A stretch of 64,000 nt of DNA from Octopus sinensis (lineage: Eukaryota). The notes under the pieces are model-generated. The model was not told where the DNA came from. It saw only the letters and a list, made by a program, of their open reading frames with translations, and did no database searches. A program made the position numbers and the translations under genes. Each line of letters begins with the position of its first letter. Positions within the stretch are counted from its first letter, which is position 1. This document shows positions 25,241 to 40,145 of the stretch, piece after piece. Location of the stretch: assembly GCF_006345805.1 (NCBI RefSeq), contig NC_043006.1, forward strand, positions 15,624,001 to 15,688,000, written 5' to 3'.

Positions 25241-25651
25241 ATATATACATGCTTACATACATACATAGTTAATCCAAACATGAAAACACAAAGAGAAAAC
25301 ACAACAACCCGAAGACGTGGAACAAGTATAGTATTATTGGACGCTCAGGAAAGAAGGATACATACATACATACATACATAAATACATACATACATACATA
25401 CATACATACATACATCTGTGTATACACATGCATACTGACACACACACATGCGCACAAAGGAAAGGGTGCAATACGCAACGAAAATTTCACAAAGATTAAA
25501 TAACTAAATGAGTGGAAATCGAACCGGTGAGTGTGTTAATTAATGAGGCACTAAAAGAGAATGGCTCACCCCAGACGCAATAAAATATGCTTCAACACAC
25601 GAAAAAATAAATCTTGCAATAATATATTAATTTATCGTTATCTCTTATTGT

Positions 25652-25766
<115 letters not shown>

Positions 25767-25970
25767 TACACCATATGTTACATATATATTATATCATACC
25801 TTGATACTATGTGGACTAAAGATCCCCGTTGACAGATCTCTGGTATTTATGGAGGGCTAAACACTTTCGGTATGAAAATTAGGGACTCATTCATAGAGTA
25901 ACTGCTGCAGTTGTTGAGTATATAGACAGTTTGGCTGCTTGTCTCTCTGGAGACTGTCAGAATGATGTAG

Positions 25971-26016
25971 ATGCTTCTGATGAGAACCCAAAAAGGTTCG
26001 AAAATCGATTAAGATT
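25971..26016 (+). ncRNA. Candidate minimal hammerhead ribozyme
   Basis: CTGATGA-GAACC caaaaa GGTTC-GAAA followed by palindromic ATCGAT. Stem I is only 2-3 bp and the cleavage register is ambiguous. Confidence 0.4.
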
Positions 26017-26122
26017 GTTCATCGTTTTTTCAGTCTGCGGAGAAATGGTTAAAAATAGCCTTGCTTATAATTATACCATATGTTATATATATATATCTAT
26101 ATTTATATCTATATCTATATAG

Positions 26123-26363
26123 GTAAGATAGTCCAGTTTGCTGGACATTGTTGTAGAGTTGAAAATGAGGCAATTCTACTCTTCTCCTCTGGAAGCCATC
26201 TACTCGCAATACCAGAAGGCGCACACTCTCCTACCCTGATGTAATCTCCAGGGATACAGGCATCCAGCAACAGGACCTCCGTAATGCCATGATGGACCGT
26301 GAAGTCTGGTGTAGCATGGTAAATTCCATTGTCTCGACCACGGTCGAACAATGATGATGATGA
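26123..26363 (+). mobile_element. 3' end of an RTE-like LINE
   Basis: VQFAGHCCR...LLLWKP...DLRNAMMDREVW, then a stop and a (TGA)n tail. Confidence 0.8.
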
Positions 26364-26471
26364 TATCTATATATGCGTGTGTGTATGTATGTAGGTACGT
26401 ATTTCTTATGTCCCTGAATCCAGGAGTCACAATGGAGAAATACCAATGACAAATTTCTAGTTTATATATAT

Positions 26472-26537
<66 letters not shown>

Positions 26538-26922
26538 GCAATATCTGTAGGCATGTGCAAATGTATATGTATGCCTATATAAATACATACATGCACATGT
26601 ATGTGTACACATATATGCACAAGATACGCACACACATGCATGTATAAGTGCATACGTTTCTTGTGAGTTTGTGTACACAAGTATGTAGTTATCCCGAAAA
26701 ATTCGCGTTGATTGTTTGCTTAAATTGATGCTTAATTTCCCGTCATATCAAGACGTGTAGACGTTGCTAAAGAGATCGAAGACCTCATACTGAGATAATT
26801 GCAATCATAGGAACGGACGAACGAAAAGATTTATATCCGATGGGGAATTGCTAATGGTTGTCTCACAAACTAGCAGGTATTTTCCCAAAACATCCATCAT
26901 GTTAACGAGTAAGACTCATATA

Positions 26923-26967
<45 letters not shown>

Positions 26968-27261
26968 GTGAGTGTGTATGTGTGTGAGTGTGTCTGTGTG
27001 TATATGTGTACGTGTGTGTATATATGCATGTATGTATATATATATATGATAGATATATACCTACACATACATATATATATATGAATGTACGTGTATACAT
27101 AGATGTGTTCAAGTGTGGTTTGCTTGTGTGTATAGATAGATATACAAACGTATGTATATACACATACAAACACACACACAAATACACTCACGCGCGCACA
27201 CACACTCATACACAGGCACACGCATGAAGGTACATAATGTCTACATGAAATACGCGAACAT

Positions 27262-27725
27262 TGTCGCAGGCTGTATGGTAAGAAGCCTGCTTCCTAACCA
27301 CATAGTTGCAGTATCAGTTCCACCGCATGACACCTTAGGCAAGTGTCTTCTACTATTGCCACGATTCAACCAACACCTTCTGAGTGGACTTGGTATACGG
27401 AAACTAAAAGAAGCTTCTTGTAATATATATATATATATATATATATGTGTATGTGTGTGTGCATGTATATATATATATATATATATATAGATATGTACGT
27501 ATATGTATATATACCTGTATATGTATGTGTGTTTGTGTCCTTTGTGTATTCGTCCCTCACCGCCACTTGACAACTGGTATTTGTGTGTTTCAGTCCCGTG
27601 ACTTAACGATTCGGCAGACGAGAACGATAAATAAGTAACAGAATTAAAAGAAAATAAGTCCTGGAGTCGATTCATTGAACTAAAAAATGTTATTTAAGGC
27701 GGGTCCGCAACATGACCGTAGATTA
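27262..27725 (+). mobile_element. SINE family A, diverged full-length copy
   Basis: Head, core, internal microsatellite and 3' half are recognisable. Confidence 0.8.
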
Positions 27726-28072
27726 GTGAGTAAAATAAGATAGAGATAAAAGACACCTTGGTATGTTTGAGTGGTTAGTGTCTTGTTTTTCAAACAGGAG
27801 GTGCCGTGTTCGAACTTACCTCGTGGTGATATTTTTACCTGTTTCAGTTCGACCTACTCCTTGTGAGTGTAACCGCGTCGAGAGAAGAGGGGAAGGCCGT
27901 GTGAAATTCAAAGACCCTGCCTTGTCAAGGACTATATTACGTTAATTTGACCTGAGGGTTCTATCTATATCGAAAGATATATTAAGAAGGTCATTGATAT
28001 TATAATCTATCCTTCATTAGCAATTTGCTGTCTACGTCTCTATGTTCGGTTCTGTTAATGTATAACGAGATA

Positions 28073-28126
<54 letters not shown>

Positions 28127-29228
28127 CATTATTATTATTTTTAATGCGGCGAGTTGTCAGAATAGTTAGCACGCCGGGCGAAATGCTTAGCAGTATTTTC
28201 CACCAGTCAGTGGAAAATTCAGTCACCCAGACGTTAATACCTCCTGTAGCTAGTTCTCCCGTCCTAACAAGTGAAATACCAACAAGGAATCCATAATAAT
28301 AAAAGTGTTTGCTTTGAAAATCTCTCTCTAAATGATTTGCTTCACGTCCTCTTAGTTTGTACAGAATCTGTAGTTACAAAGAATATGGGAATTTATTCCA
28401 TCTGCTCAGCTGTAGACATCTGAAAGACAAAGATGTGTTTGAAACACAGACGTCCCTTACGTCTACTTTGGTTCCGTTGACCGAATTTCCAACGATATGG
28501 TTCCGAGATTAGTCGATGAGGCCTTTTCCTTCATTCTTTGTTTCTTCCCTTCGTTTTTTCTTTTCGTTTTTTTGTTGCAATTCAAAGTGCATAAAATGAC
28601 TGCCTATTTTTATATCTAAAAACCATCGAAGACTGATCTCTACTTTTTAAACTTTCCTGTTACCCCACAAAAGTCTACCTCTTACAAAATAAACCAAATT
28701 GCCCCAATCTGTTATTTTGATAAATTCCATAGTGAATGCAATTGCTTCTCTGAAAAGAAACTCAATACTCATCTCTAAGATGAGTTTACGATCTCAGTCT
28801 ATTCTGCTTTGATATTGATATGTTAATCTCAAAGCATTATTTTCCATTCACAGTATCCTGCCTCGCAGGATAATAAACTACACTTATATTGTATATGTAG
28901 TTAAAGAATTAATATGAATTATTAAGAAAAGGTTTCCAACAGAGATGACTTTGTTAATATTACACAAGAACCAGCAAGCATTATTTAATCAAGCAACCGA
29001 TGAAATCTAGCACCATCTTCTAAGTTTGCGACTGTTCTTTTTAAGCTCAATTGTGCAATAACTTTTCTCTTTCTCGTTTATCCGTTCTATTGTCAGGTAA
29101 CATGTGTTAACGGCTTGAAAGATATATTAAGAAGGTCATTGACAAGACATTGACATTATAACCTATCCTTCGTTAGCAATTTGCTGTCTACGCCTCTATG
29201 TTCGGTTCTGTTAATGTTTAACGAGATA

Positions 29229-29264
<36 letters not shown>

Positions 29265-29295
29265 CATTATTATTATTATTATTATTATTATTTTA

Positions 29296-29965
29296 TGTTT
29301 GACTTTTGCTTTACATTTGTACAAGTTGGCTCCAAGTCTCATTCAGAGACCTCAAGAGACAAACTGGAAGTTCATGTTGGTATTATGCCTAGGGTACCAT
29401 ATATTTGGTTTTGTACATATTATTGTTCTAGAGAATGTTTAAGAAACCATAAGAAAATTATATTTGTTTTAAAACTTGAGATTACACAGAAAGTATATTG
29501 TGTAGAATATGAGCAATTCCCATGAGCAATATCTTTTGAATTTCTGCCATTTTGAGGTTTCCTGGTATCTGAGCTAGGTAGGAATCAGCCCCTTTTACTA
29601 TCATTTCCAGGGCACCTATGACAACATGTTTTGTTATAGTCTTCAGGTTCCACATTTTGCTAATTTCTATTTCAAGATCTTTATATTTGCTCAGTTTTTG
29701 GTAGGTCTTGACAGATACGTTTATATCGATTGGGACAGTCATATCAATGAGGAGGCATGATTTTTGTCTGAAATCTTTCACTATCATATCTGGCCTATTC
29801 GCATCTATCTTTCTGTCAGTTTGAATGGCAAAGTTCCAGAGGAGTGAAATGTGATCATTTTCAAGCACTGGAGGTGGTTTGTTTTCCCACCAGTTTTTTT
29901 CATGGGGCAAGTTCTGGCTTTTGCAAATTACCCAGTGAATATATTGTGCAGCTCTATCATGCCTG

Positions 29966-29966
<1 letters not shown>
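29296..29966 (-). mobile_element. 5'-truncated R4/Dong-like non-LTR retrotransposon (restriction-like endonuclease end)
   Basis: RHDRAAQYIHW...RPDMIVKD...LIDMTVP...KLSKYKDL open to the stop, then a 3' UTR. (AAT)n tracts on both sides. Confidence 0.88.
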
Positions 29967-30007
<41 letters not shown>

Positions 30008-30530
30008 GAGTGAGAGAGCAGTGCATGCCACCAAAGTGACAATGGGGTAAAATATACGAAGCCCAGTATACCCATCATGACTACCCGTCTGATAAGGGTA
30101 CACTAGGTACATGCATCACAACCATATGTGCGCGACATGGTGATCTCATATTAAGATAAACAGCACATGACCTTGCAGGTGGGGCTCAATTAGAATTTTT
30201 TCTGGTCGTTTAGCCCATCCCACTCAAAAGGTCCCTGAATAAGGATTGTTTAAGGATGGTGAACGAACCACCCATGTTTCCAAAGGTGAATTATCCAAAC
30301 CTCTAAGAGTTCCTTTCAACACACAGCTATGATGCTCCCCCCACTACTTCTGCTCATGATCAGGGATGCATATATCGTCAGCCACTAAGGGGCATGCTCA
30401 ACTAGTTAAGGTCAAACAACTGACAAGCAAATCTGTGATATTGAGTAGAATATTTTCTGTAGCCCATCTTTTATACCAAGACAAAACAATGTACATGATA
30501 ACACTTCCAATCAGTTAAGATCAGAAGCCA
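30008..30530 (-). mobile_element. Unclassified non-coding retroposon-like segment ending in (AAT)n
   Basis: Higher-GC segment ending directly in the (AAT)n tract on the minus strand. No ORF. Confidence 0.35.
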
Positions 30531-30537
30531 TGAGAAC

Positions 30538-30860
30538 TGGCGGTGAACTGGCAGAAACTTTAGCACGCCGGGCGAAATGCGTAGCCGTATTTCGTCTGCC
30601 GTTACGTTCTGAGTTCAAATTCCGCCGAGGTCGACTTTGCCATCCATTCTTTCGGGGTCGATAAATTAAGTACCAGTTACGCACTAGGGTCGATATAATC
30701 GACTTGATCCGTTTGTCTGTCCTTGTTTCTCCTCTCTCTGTTTAGCCCGTTGTGGGTAGTAAAGCAATAGGTATTTCGTCTGCCGCTACGTTCTGAGTTC
30801 AAATTTCGCCGAGGTAGAGTTTGCCTTTCCTCATTTCAGAGTCGATAAATAAAGTACCAG
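30538..30860 (+). mobile_element. SINE family B with a partial second body unit
   Basis: Head, one full unit, then a restart at TATTTCGTCTGCCGCTACG (~30773). Confidence 0.88.
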
Positions 30861-30934
30861 ACAATTATTTTCATACTAGTGTTAGTATTAAACTTAGTTG
30901 ATCAACTTAGAACTGGCAAGAGAAGCAATGTTTA

Positions 30935-31120
30935 AAGGTAAATAGGTATAGCACGTGATTGACCTTCGCTATCACGTGGTTTTAAGTTCAGTCCTACTGT
31001 GCAGCACTTAGAGCAAGTATTTTCTTCTATAGTCATGGGTAGACCAATTCTTTGTCAATGAAGTTGGTGGATGGAAACTAAGTGGAAGCCCATCATATGT
31101 ATACACATACATACTCACAC

Positions 31121-31151
<31 letters not shown>

Positions 31152-31750
31152 TGTATGTATGTATGTATGTATGTATGTATGTATGTACGTATGTATGTAC
31201 GTATGTATGTATGTACGTATGTATGTATGTATGTATGTATGTATGTATGTATGTATGTATGTATGTATGTATGTATGTGTGTGTATGTATGTATGTATGT
31301 ATGTATGTACGTATGTATGTACGTATGTATGTACGTATGTATGTATGTATGTATGTATGTATGTATGTATGTACGTACGTACGTACGTATGTATGTATGT
31401 ATGTATGTACGTACGTACGTACGTATGTATGTATGTATGTATGTATGTACGTATGTATGTATGTGTGTGTATGTATGTATGTAGGTATGTATGTATGTAC
31501 GTATGTATGTACGTTTGTATGTATGTATGTATGTATGTATGTATGTATGTATGTATGTACGTACGTATGTATGTATGTATGTATGTATGTATGTATGTTT
31601 GTGGGCCTTTCTGTTTGACCTCACACCGCTTGACAACCAATGTTGGTACTAAACTTAAAGAAGGAAACCTAAGTATTGGGGAGTTTGCTAGCTAAAAATT
31701 TCAAGACGATGCTCCTATATGGCTGCAGTCTAATGAGTGAAGCAAGTAAA
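30935..31750 (+). mobile_element. Diverged SINE family A copy whose internal microsatellite expanded to ~480 bp of (TATG/TACG)n
   Basis: The 5' half ends at about 31090 and the 3' half resumes at about 31600. Confidence 0.8.
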
Positions 31751-32704
31751 AGAGTAATGCTTCCAGTAGTACGTCCAGGAACCAAAATTGCTTTTCAAGG
31801 CTATTAATAGAGTCACAAAATACACAACAAAAGACTCTACACATTTACTCGATATACTAGAACTATCAGCTAAATTTCACCATTAAATCACATCGTACCG
31901 TCTTAAGAACGGCAGTACACGTTGGACAAGGCAATCTTCGATATCTATTTAAGATTGGATGGTCATGGCTGGAATATCATCGATCGAATAACTTTTCGAA
32001 TAGGAATAACCGGGGAATAAATGAAAATAAATAACAGTTAAAATATGATGGACAGGCACTAATATGCAATCATAATTAGATAACTTGATTAAAGGACGAC
32101 TCATTGGAGCGTGGAATACAAACAAAAGACACAAATATATACCCAAGACCACATACTGTAACATCACATATTTCCCTGAAAAATTTTTCATTAATTTTAA
32201 AGATAAATTTAAATGAAACAAAATCTAAAAAGAAAAAAAAGGACGTGAATAATGTAACGATTCAACATTATTTCGTTTCAGGAAATTTCTGAACTTAATT
32301 TGATTATAATTTTCACAGTAATGAATCCATTAATCAACAGTCTCATGGCGATGAGAATAATCTAGAAGAAAGAAAATTTTAATTCTATTTACAGTGATGC
32401 TATCAAATAGCTATTGTAATATACAATTGTAATTTATAATTCTTTGCTTACCATTCATTCTTGAATACAAGCATTGAGAGAAGATAACAAATTGTATACA
32501 TAACTGTTGGCAACACACAATACTACACACATACGTGCATACGTATGTACATACATACAAAAATACATGCACGCGTACATATGTATACACATAAGTACAT
32601 GCATGCGTACATACATAAATGCATACAAGCCTACATGCATACATACGTACATGCGTAAATACATACCCACGCGTATTCATAAATCTTGCCAACGGCTATT
32701 AGTG

Positions 32705-32705
<1 letters not shown>

Positions 32706-32747
<42 letters not shown>

Positions 32748-32780
32748 CTTTATCTATCTGTATCTTTATCTATCTATCTA

Positions 32781-32849
<69 letters not shown>

Positions 32850-32870
32850 GTCTTTCTATCTATCTGTCTG

Positions 32871-32922
<52 letters not shown>

Positions 32923-32928
32923 CCTGTT

Positions 32929-32983
<55 letters not shown>

Positions 32984-32985
32984 GT
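32706..32985. repeat. (TATC)n/(TGTC)n microsatellite
   Basis: Directly visible. Confidence 0.95.
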
Positions 32986-34374
32986 GTCTGTCTGTTTGTC
33001 TGTCTATATGTATGCATGTTTGTTTGTGTGTGGGTGAGACGTTTAACCAAACAAATGAAATGGAAGCTTGTTAAACATATTTGATGTTGTTTCGCTAATA
33101 TTTATTTTTTAACGCTCAGTAAATTTAGTGTCGAGGCTGGTGGTAACAGTTTTTTGTAAAATACCTATTGGTTTAGTATTAACTCAGTTTTTCGGCATTT
33201 TCAAATTACTTTTTAGAATTGTGTGTGGAGGTATTATTTCGTGTCAGAACATTTGTTTTTGCTGTATGAAATAGGATAACGGACTTGTCTGTTCATGTAA
33301 AGATGTACTGTAAACATTGTTAGTAACAAAGTTAGTATTACACATATTATGAACAACCTTCTCCACAATCACTCTAACATCAATCATTAGAAACAAACTA
33401 ATAACAGGATCGACGTTAATATTGCTGCTCAAATTATCTACTATGGAGACAAACATATAAACTCTCCATAAAAAGAACCGTTGAGGCTTTTCCAATAGCT
33501 ACAGAAAATTACGTAAAAATATGCCTTTGAAGAGAGACCTTTATCATCTTCAAATAAAATACGCATAGGGTTTTGGGGTACATTACCAATTCATGATTAC
33601 CAGGCTAAAGATTCACTGAGCATCTGAAATTATAACATATAAAACGAATATAACTGGTTTTGTTAGTATTCGTATTATATATTTACATTGGAATGTAAAG
33701 CAAGTGTATGATTTAAAGTGAAGATATTGGATAGGAACGGACTCACATCGACGCATACACGCATCTTGAAGTAGATGATTGGTAAATGTAAGATGGAAAT
33801 TAAGGTGGACTGTTGAAGAGATATTGGTTTCAAATTTTAGCCAGTAAATTTGGGGGTAGGGAGGGGCTAAGAGAATTAAATCGATTCCCGTGTTCAACTG
33901 GTACTTATTTCATTAACCCCGAGGGGATGAAAAGCAAAGTCAAGCTCGATGGAATTTGAACGCAGAACGTGAAAACGGACGAAATGCCGCTAAGCATTTT
34001 CCCAGTGTGTTAACGGTTCTTTTTTACTCTAGGCAAAAGGCCCGAAATTTTGATGGAGGGGGGCCAGTCGATTAGATCGACCCAGTACGCAACTGGTACT
34101 TAATTTATCGATCCCGAACGGATGAAAGGCAAAGTCGACTTCGGCGGAATTTGAACTCAGGACGTAAAGACAGACGAAATACTGCTAAGCATTTCGCTCG
34201 GCATGCTAACAATTCTGCCAGCTCCCCGCCACGTGACTGTGCAACAAATATTAAATTCAAATTTTGGCACAAGACCAGCAGGACTGTAAGAAATAATATA
34301 CGAGGTCAAATATGTCAAGGAAAACATTGCTACAGACCACCACTATTAACAAATATCTATGAATATCTATAGGC

Positions 34375-34782
34375 GTTGGAGTGACTGTGTGGTAAGTAGC
34401 TTGCTTATGAACCACATGGTTCCGGGTTCAGTCCCACTGCGTGGCACCTTGGGCAAGTGTCTTCTACTATAAAGCCTCGGGTCGACCAAAGCCTGAGTGA
34501 ATTTGGTAGACGGAAAGTGAAAGAAACCTGTCGTATATATGTATATATGTGTGTGTGTGTATGTTTGTGTGTCTGTGTTGGTCCCCCCAACATCGCTTGA
34601 CTACCGATGCTGGTGTGTTTACGTTCCCGTAACTTAGCGGTTCGGCAACAAGAGACCGATAGAATAAGTACTAGGCTTACAAAACATAAGTCCTGGGGTC
34701 GATTTGCTCGACTTAAGGCGGTGCTCCAGCATGGCCACAGTCAAATGACTGAAGCAAAAGTAAAAGAGTAAAAGAGTAAAGA
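34375..34782 (+). mobile_element. SINE family A, full length
   Basis: Matches the 9861 copy and has a (GTAAAAGA)n tail. Confidence 0.9.
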
Positions 34783-35049
34783 GAGAACTTAGTGTCTTTA
34801 GCAAATTCAGGCTTGCTCCTATTTTCGTATTGATTAGTGGTGCTAAAAGTGACCTTATAATGCATGTACCACGAATGTATTCTCGAGCAATCATAGAAAC
34901 TCACCTTTCATGCAAACTGTTGTGTGGAAGCCCCCAGATGATGAAGTAGGCTCGCCCAATACGTAGATATAGAAGGAGAAGCCTAGACGTGAAGAGTAGA
35001 GTTGAGTAGAGGTCATTCGAACGTGCGACATAACACAAACATAACTGGT

Positions 35050-35665
35050 AATCTCTCGGTTACGATAACGAGGGTTCCACTTGATCCAATCAACGGGCAA
35101 ACCTGCTCGTTATTTTAATGTGTAAGTGGCTGTGGTCTCCACAAATGCGCGTATTCTTAGCGAAGTTCTCAGGGAGATTCAGCATGTCACAGATTGTGAC
35201 AAGGCTGACCTTTTGAATTACATGTACAATTCTTTTCTATCAGTTGAAAGGACTGGATCAATGTGAAATAAAGTGTCTTGCTCAAAGACAACACTCACCG
35301 GCAGGAATCGAACTCTCGACCTCGCGAATGTAAGTCGTATCTCATAACTACTAAGCCATGCAACTTCATATATAGACAAGCTGTGTACGTGAAGGTTAAA
35401 AAAAAAAGAAAAAGGCAAAGGTTACCTTCCCGATTCATGCTGACTCCTAAGGGCCGGTTTTCAGGTTTCACTAGCGCATAAATTCTCCGCCTGGACGGGA
35501 CACCAGTCCGTCGTAGGATGGCTCATTTTTGCCAGCTGAGCGGACTGGAGCAACGTGAAATGAAGTGCTTTGCTCAAGAACACAACGGATCGCCCGGTCC
35601 AGGAATCGAAACCACAATCTTATGATCATGTGTCCAACACCCTAACCACTTAGCCACGCGACTCC
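35050..35665 (-). mobile_element. Two adjacent minus-strand tRNA-derived SINEs (35050-35370 and 35430-35665)
   Basis: Both have B-box-containing heads. The first shares its 3' body with the 16423 copy, the second resembles the 20305 copy. Confidence 0.7.
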
Positions 35666-38561
35666 ACTTACGTGCAAGTTGAAGAGGTAGATTATCAAAG
35701 ATTGCGCCATATGAATTAAAACTAGATGGCAATCAAAACTCATCCGAATAGATCAAATGGTGACTTACAAGACAATCATTTGAAGGGAAAGTATATAATG
35801 AAATCTGGACATTGGTTATTGTCAGTTAATTAACATCGTTATATTAATCAATAAATAGACATGTGTCCTGAGCGGTGTAGTTCACCACTGTACGTATTTT
35901 GAACACTGTGTTCTTTGATGTATGTTTACTCTACGTTCTTTAATGTCATAGTCACAGGAATAACAATAATATTCATTACGCCTTTTCAGGAGCTCTGAAA
36001 ATAGCGGAAGGAAGGTAAGAAGAAAGGTGATCTCAGATCGGAGATATGACATTAACGCTTTCAGAGGCGACAGCTTCACTGAAGTTACTTAATTATCAGA
36101 GTTTTGCTTTGTCATCATATCCATCAACTCGAACTTTGATGCAGAGTATGCGGATCTTCATACTTCACAAACCTTCTCCACCCATACGTCATTTACAAGC
36201 CACTAACAGACCTCAAGCCAAGTCTGCGCTGATTCCATGAATAGTGTGCTCAAAAGCATTCTCCTGACGCTAGACCGCAAGAAAGTACTACCTATGAAAA
36301 CAGAAAAACCGCTTTGGACCTCATCCACTTCGAAGTCTACCGCCCTACAAGAACGTGTCAGTCATTCCAATGGCCTTCAGATAGACTTAAACTAGAAAAT
36401 TTAACTCCTAAGAATTTGGGCATTCCTAGGTTATAAGAGACGTACTTGCCTAAATTGACATGTTGAGGGATTTAAATCAAAACCATGCCATGTAAAAAAG
36501 AATTTCTTGACCATCATGGCCATATCTCATTTATAAAATGTGTTCTATTTTATCCAGGACATTTTTAGAGACTGATTTCTCCTAAAGCACATTTTCTTAT
36601 GCAATGCTTTTCTTACAACTTCGATGTGTGATGAGAGGAAGATAACAAAATCCAGTCATTTTGTGGAATATAAACTGATGAGTAACTTACGTTCACATAT
36701 TTTTTAAAGCAACAATTATTTATTAATATTTCATCTATAAAACTATCTTTTCATAGAGCCTCACTTGTTCATCAATCAATAACATTTACATGATAATAAG
36801 TTGGAATAGAAGTTTCATTTAGGTAGATTTAGCAGTTTAGCTGACGAGAAAGTAGTTACGTTTTAATACAGAATATAATCTATTTTCTTTTGATAATGGA
36901 TTATTAAGAATATCTGAACACTTATTTGCAGAACTATTATTATTTATTATTGTCACGAATGCAGTAGCTGTTAAGAAAGTGGCAATATGATGCAGTAGAC
37001 ATAGAATGAAAGAACAACACGCAATATGTTTAACATAACATCAGTTAATATGTTTATTTTTCATTATAAGCTCTGATACATAGAGTGTTCTTTGAGTATG
37101 TCTACCAGCCGTTGATGTCATAATATAGAATGATAACTTGAGAGCAAATTCTCATTATTGAATGCGTTAAGCGTAAGCAATGTCACCTCCTAATTAATAA
37201 ACATCCTACTTAGCAATGCTTGATGACCTAGCATCATTTAATTATTGGTTTGTCTTCTTTTAACGATGCTCTGCTACTACAAAATTGATTTATCAAAATT
37301 GATTGATCAAGCCAAGTACGATTTCTTAAAGGCTTTTATATGAATAATTTACGTGACAGGTTTTATTAAAATATTTGTTCGCTCGACTCTTTGCACGCAA
37401 GACTCCTTTTGACAATATTGATGTTCTTAAGTTTTATTCATATTTCCTATTTAAACACGTTAAACAATGTTAGCATTCTAACAACGCTATTGCCTTATCA
37501 TTCATTTTCTCACCCCTTTAATAATTTGAATTAATAATAGGTACACCTTTTAATTACCATCCGTGTAATGAGAAGTATTTGCACACGAAAGATTATCGTT
37601 CAGATATAAATGATTTCTTTAGATTTTCTTCTAATCGAGAGAATAAAACCACAATATAAAAGAACAATAATTATTTTTTGCAGACGCTTAAGTTAACCAT
37701 TTCTAAAGAAGTAGTTTATGCTATAGAACCAGCCCTGGACAAAATGGTATTGATTTTGTAGATCCTTGGGAAATAAAGACTAATTGTTTTTCTATAGAGG
37801 ATTGGATTTAAAATGTACCCAAACTCTTAATTAGGATTAATTAGCGTTCTAATAGAAATTACATTAATATATGCATCTTCATATGTTAGACCTTACCGTT
37901 TTACTAATTTGTATAACTGTGTTCTGTCATGATGATTGATTGTGGGTGGATCTGTACGTATAATGATTCTGTGCTTCCAACAATAATGAAAGATTCGCTT
38001 TCACAGCGACATATTTCAATATAGAAAATTTAGCCTATTAGTAACTATAATATAGGAAAGCATGTAGGTAATGTCATTCAAAACTTTAAGATTCTTATTT
38101 TTACAAAGTGTCCATTCTGCCGTTACTATAGAATTCTTTCAAATAACTGATTGAAAGAAGATTTAATTCTGTTATTATTTCATATTATTTTTCTAATGGC
38201 AAAATCATATTTACGTGAATAACAACCAGTGTGAATGTGTGCATGTATATATATATATATATTATATATATATATATATATAGATAGATAGATAGATATA
38301 TGTATAATATATATATATATATAATATATATATATATATATAGATAGATATAGATAGATATATGTATATAGATAGATAGATATATGTTATATATAGATAG
38401 ATAGATATATGTATATATATATATAATATATATATATATAGATATAGATAGATAGATATATGTATATATATAGATAGATAGATATATGTATATATATATA
38501 TATATATATGTATATATAATATATATGTATATATATATATAATGTATATATATATATATAG

Positions 38562-38618
<57 letters not shown>

Positions 38619-39911
38619 ATATATATATATAGATAGATAGATATATGTATATATACATACATACATATATATATATATATATGCATACACACACACATAC
38701 ACATATACATATGTATGTTGAATATTAAAATACATTCCAATTCCAAATTTGCAATAAATTTGGGGGGAATAGTTATCTAGAGTTATTGAGAATGAGAAAG
38801 ATGCCTGCGATAAAATTCAAGATGTTGTAGCTGTATTATATGTTTGTATTCTTAGTACTACCCACACAAACATGAATTGGAATAAAACACATACACATAA
38901 TGTACGGTATTAATTTAAGAGATGATAGAATTCTTTTATTATTTCACATTTTCCTAATGGCAAATACATTCATTTCAATATGTACCTGTGCGAATATATT
39001 AAAATTTTTATTTGTAGTTTTACATTTACAGAAAAACATTTCAAGAATTTCGAACATTTAAATACATTCTTAAATCCATTTCTAAAGTTGAATTGAAGTT
39101 TTGTGGGAGTATTTAGCTAAAGTTATCGAGAAGCTTGTAATAAAATGTAAACTAATTTAGCTACCTTATATGTTTGTATTAGTAATATACTGATAAATAC
39201 ACGTACCAAACACAACCATATATACAAGTATATTTATACGCAACATAAATATGAGCGAGGATATATGACACGTAAACACATCAACATAAAAATCAAAAAC
39301 AAGTAAATATACATTCTTTTATATATGCATATGTATGCGTGTATATACTTTATATACTGTGAAGTTTATTATGAATATCAAAGAAAGACACTAGTCTAAC
39401 TATTCGATATTCTGATATATTTTTGAAAAATCACTGAACTATTCGAAATAGTAATATTAAAAAATAATGTTGCTGTTTTCTGTCTAATAACGGATTTTAT
39501 AGTATCAGAACGTTTTCAAAACTTTTTAAACTTTGGAGTATCCTTGATATAGGTTTCCTGTCGAGGGAAGCCCTACCTACAAATTATAATACATTTTTTT
39601 CCTCAGCTATAACGATAGCTTTTATAGGGCATACTTATTTTTCTGATAAATTAAGTAAAACAACAAAAATAATAATACTTTCGATTATAGGCACAAGGCC
39701 TGGAATTTTGGAGAGGGGCGAGTCGATTACATCGACCCTGTCCCCAATGAGAAAGTACTTGGTCCGCAAGGTGTACAAGTTCATTGGCTGAAGAATTTTA
39801 CTCAGTTGCATGAAAGGTTGCAGGATGAATATCTACATTAGGGACACATCCCTATTTAGATGACACTTGGACGAATGTTGCTACGCCTCAAGGACCCCTA
39901 AATAGGAGAAC

Positions 39912-40145
39912 TGGCGAGCTGGCAGAAACGTTAGCACACCGGGCGAAATGCGTAGCCGTATTTCGTCTGCGATTACGTTCTGAGTTCAAATTCCGCCGAG
40001 GTCGACTTTGCCTTTCATCCTTTCCGGGTCGATAAATTAAGTACCAGTTACGTACTGGGGTCGATGTAATCGACTTAATCTGTTTGTCTGTCCTTGTTTG
40101 TCCCCTCTGTGTTTAGCCCCTTGTGGGCAGTAAAGAAATAGGTAT
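39912..40145 (+). mobile_element. SINE family B
   Basis: Full head plus one body unit. Confidence 0.9.

Noticed and set aside
35990-36014. 25-nt micro-exon candidate (CCTTTTCAG ... AG|GTAAGA)
   Set aside because: Good splice signals but not frame-preserving and no independent support.
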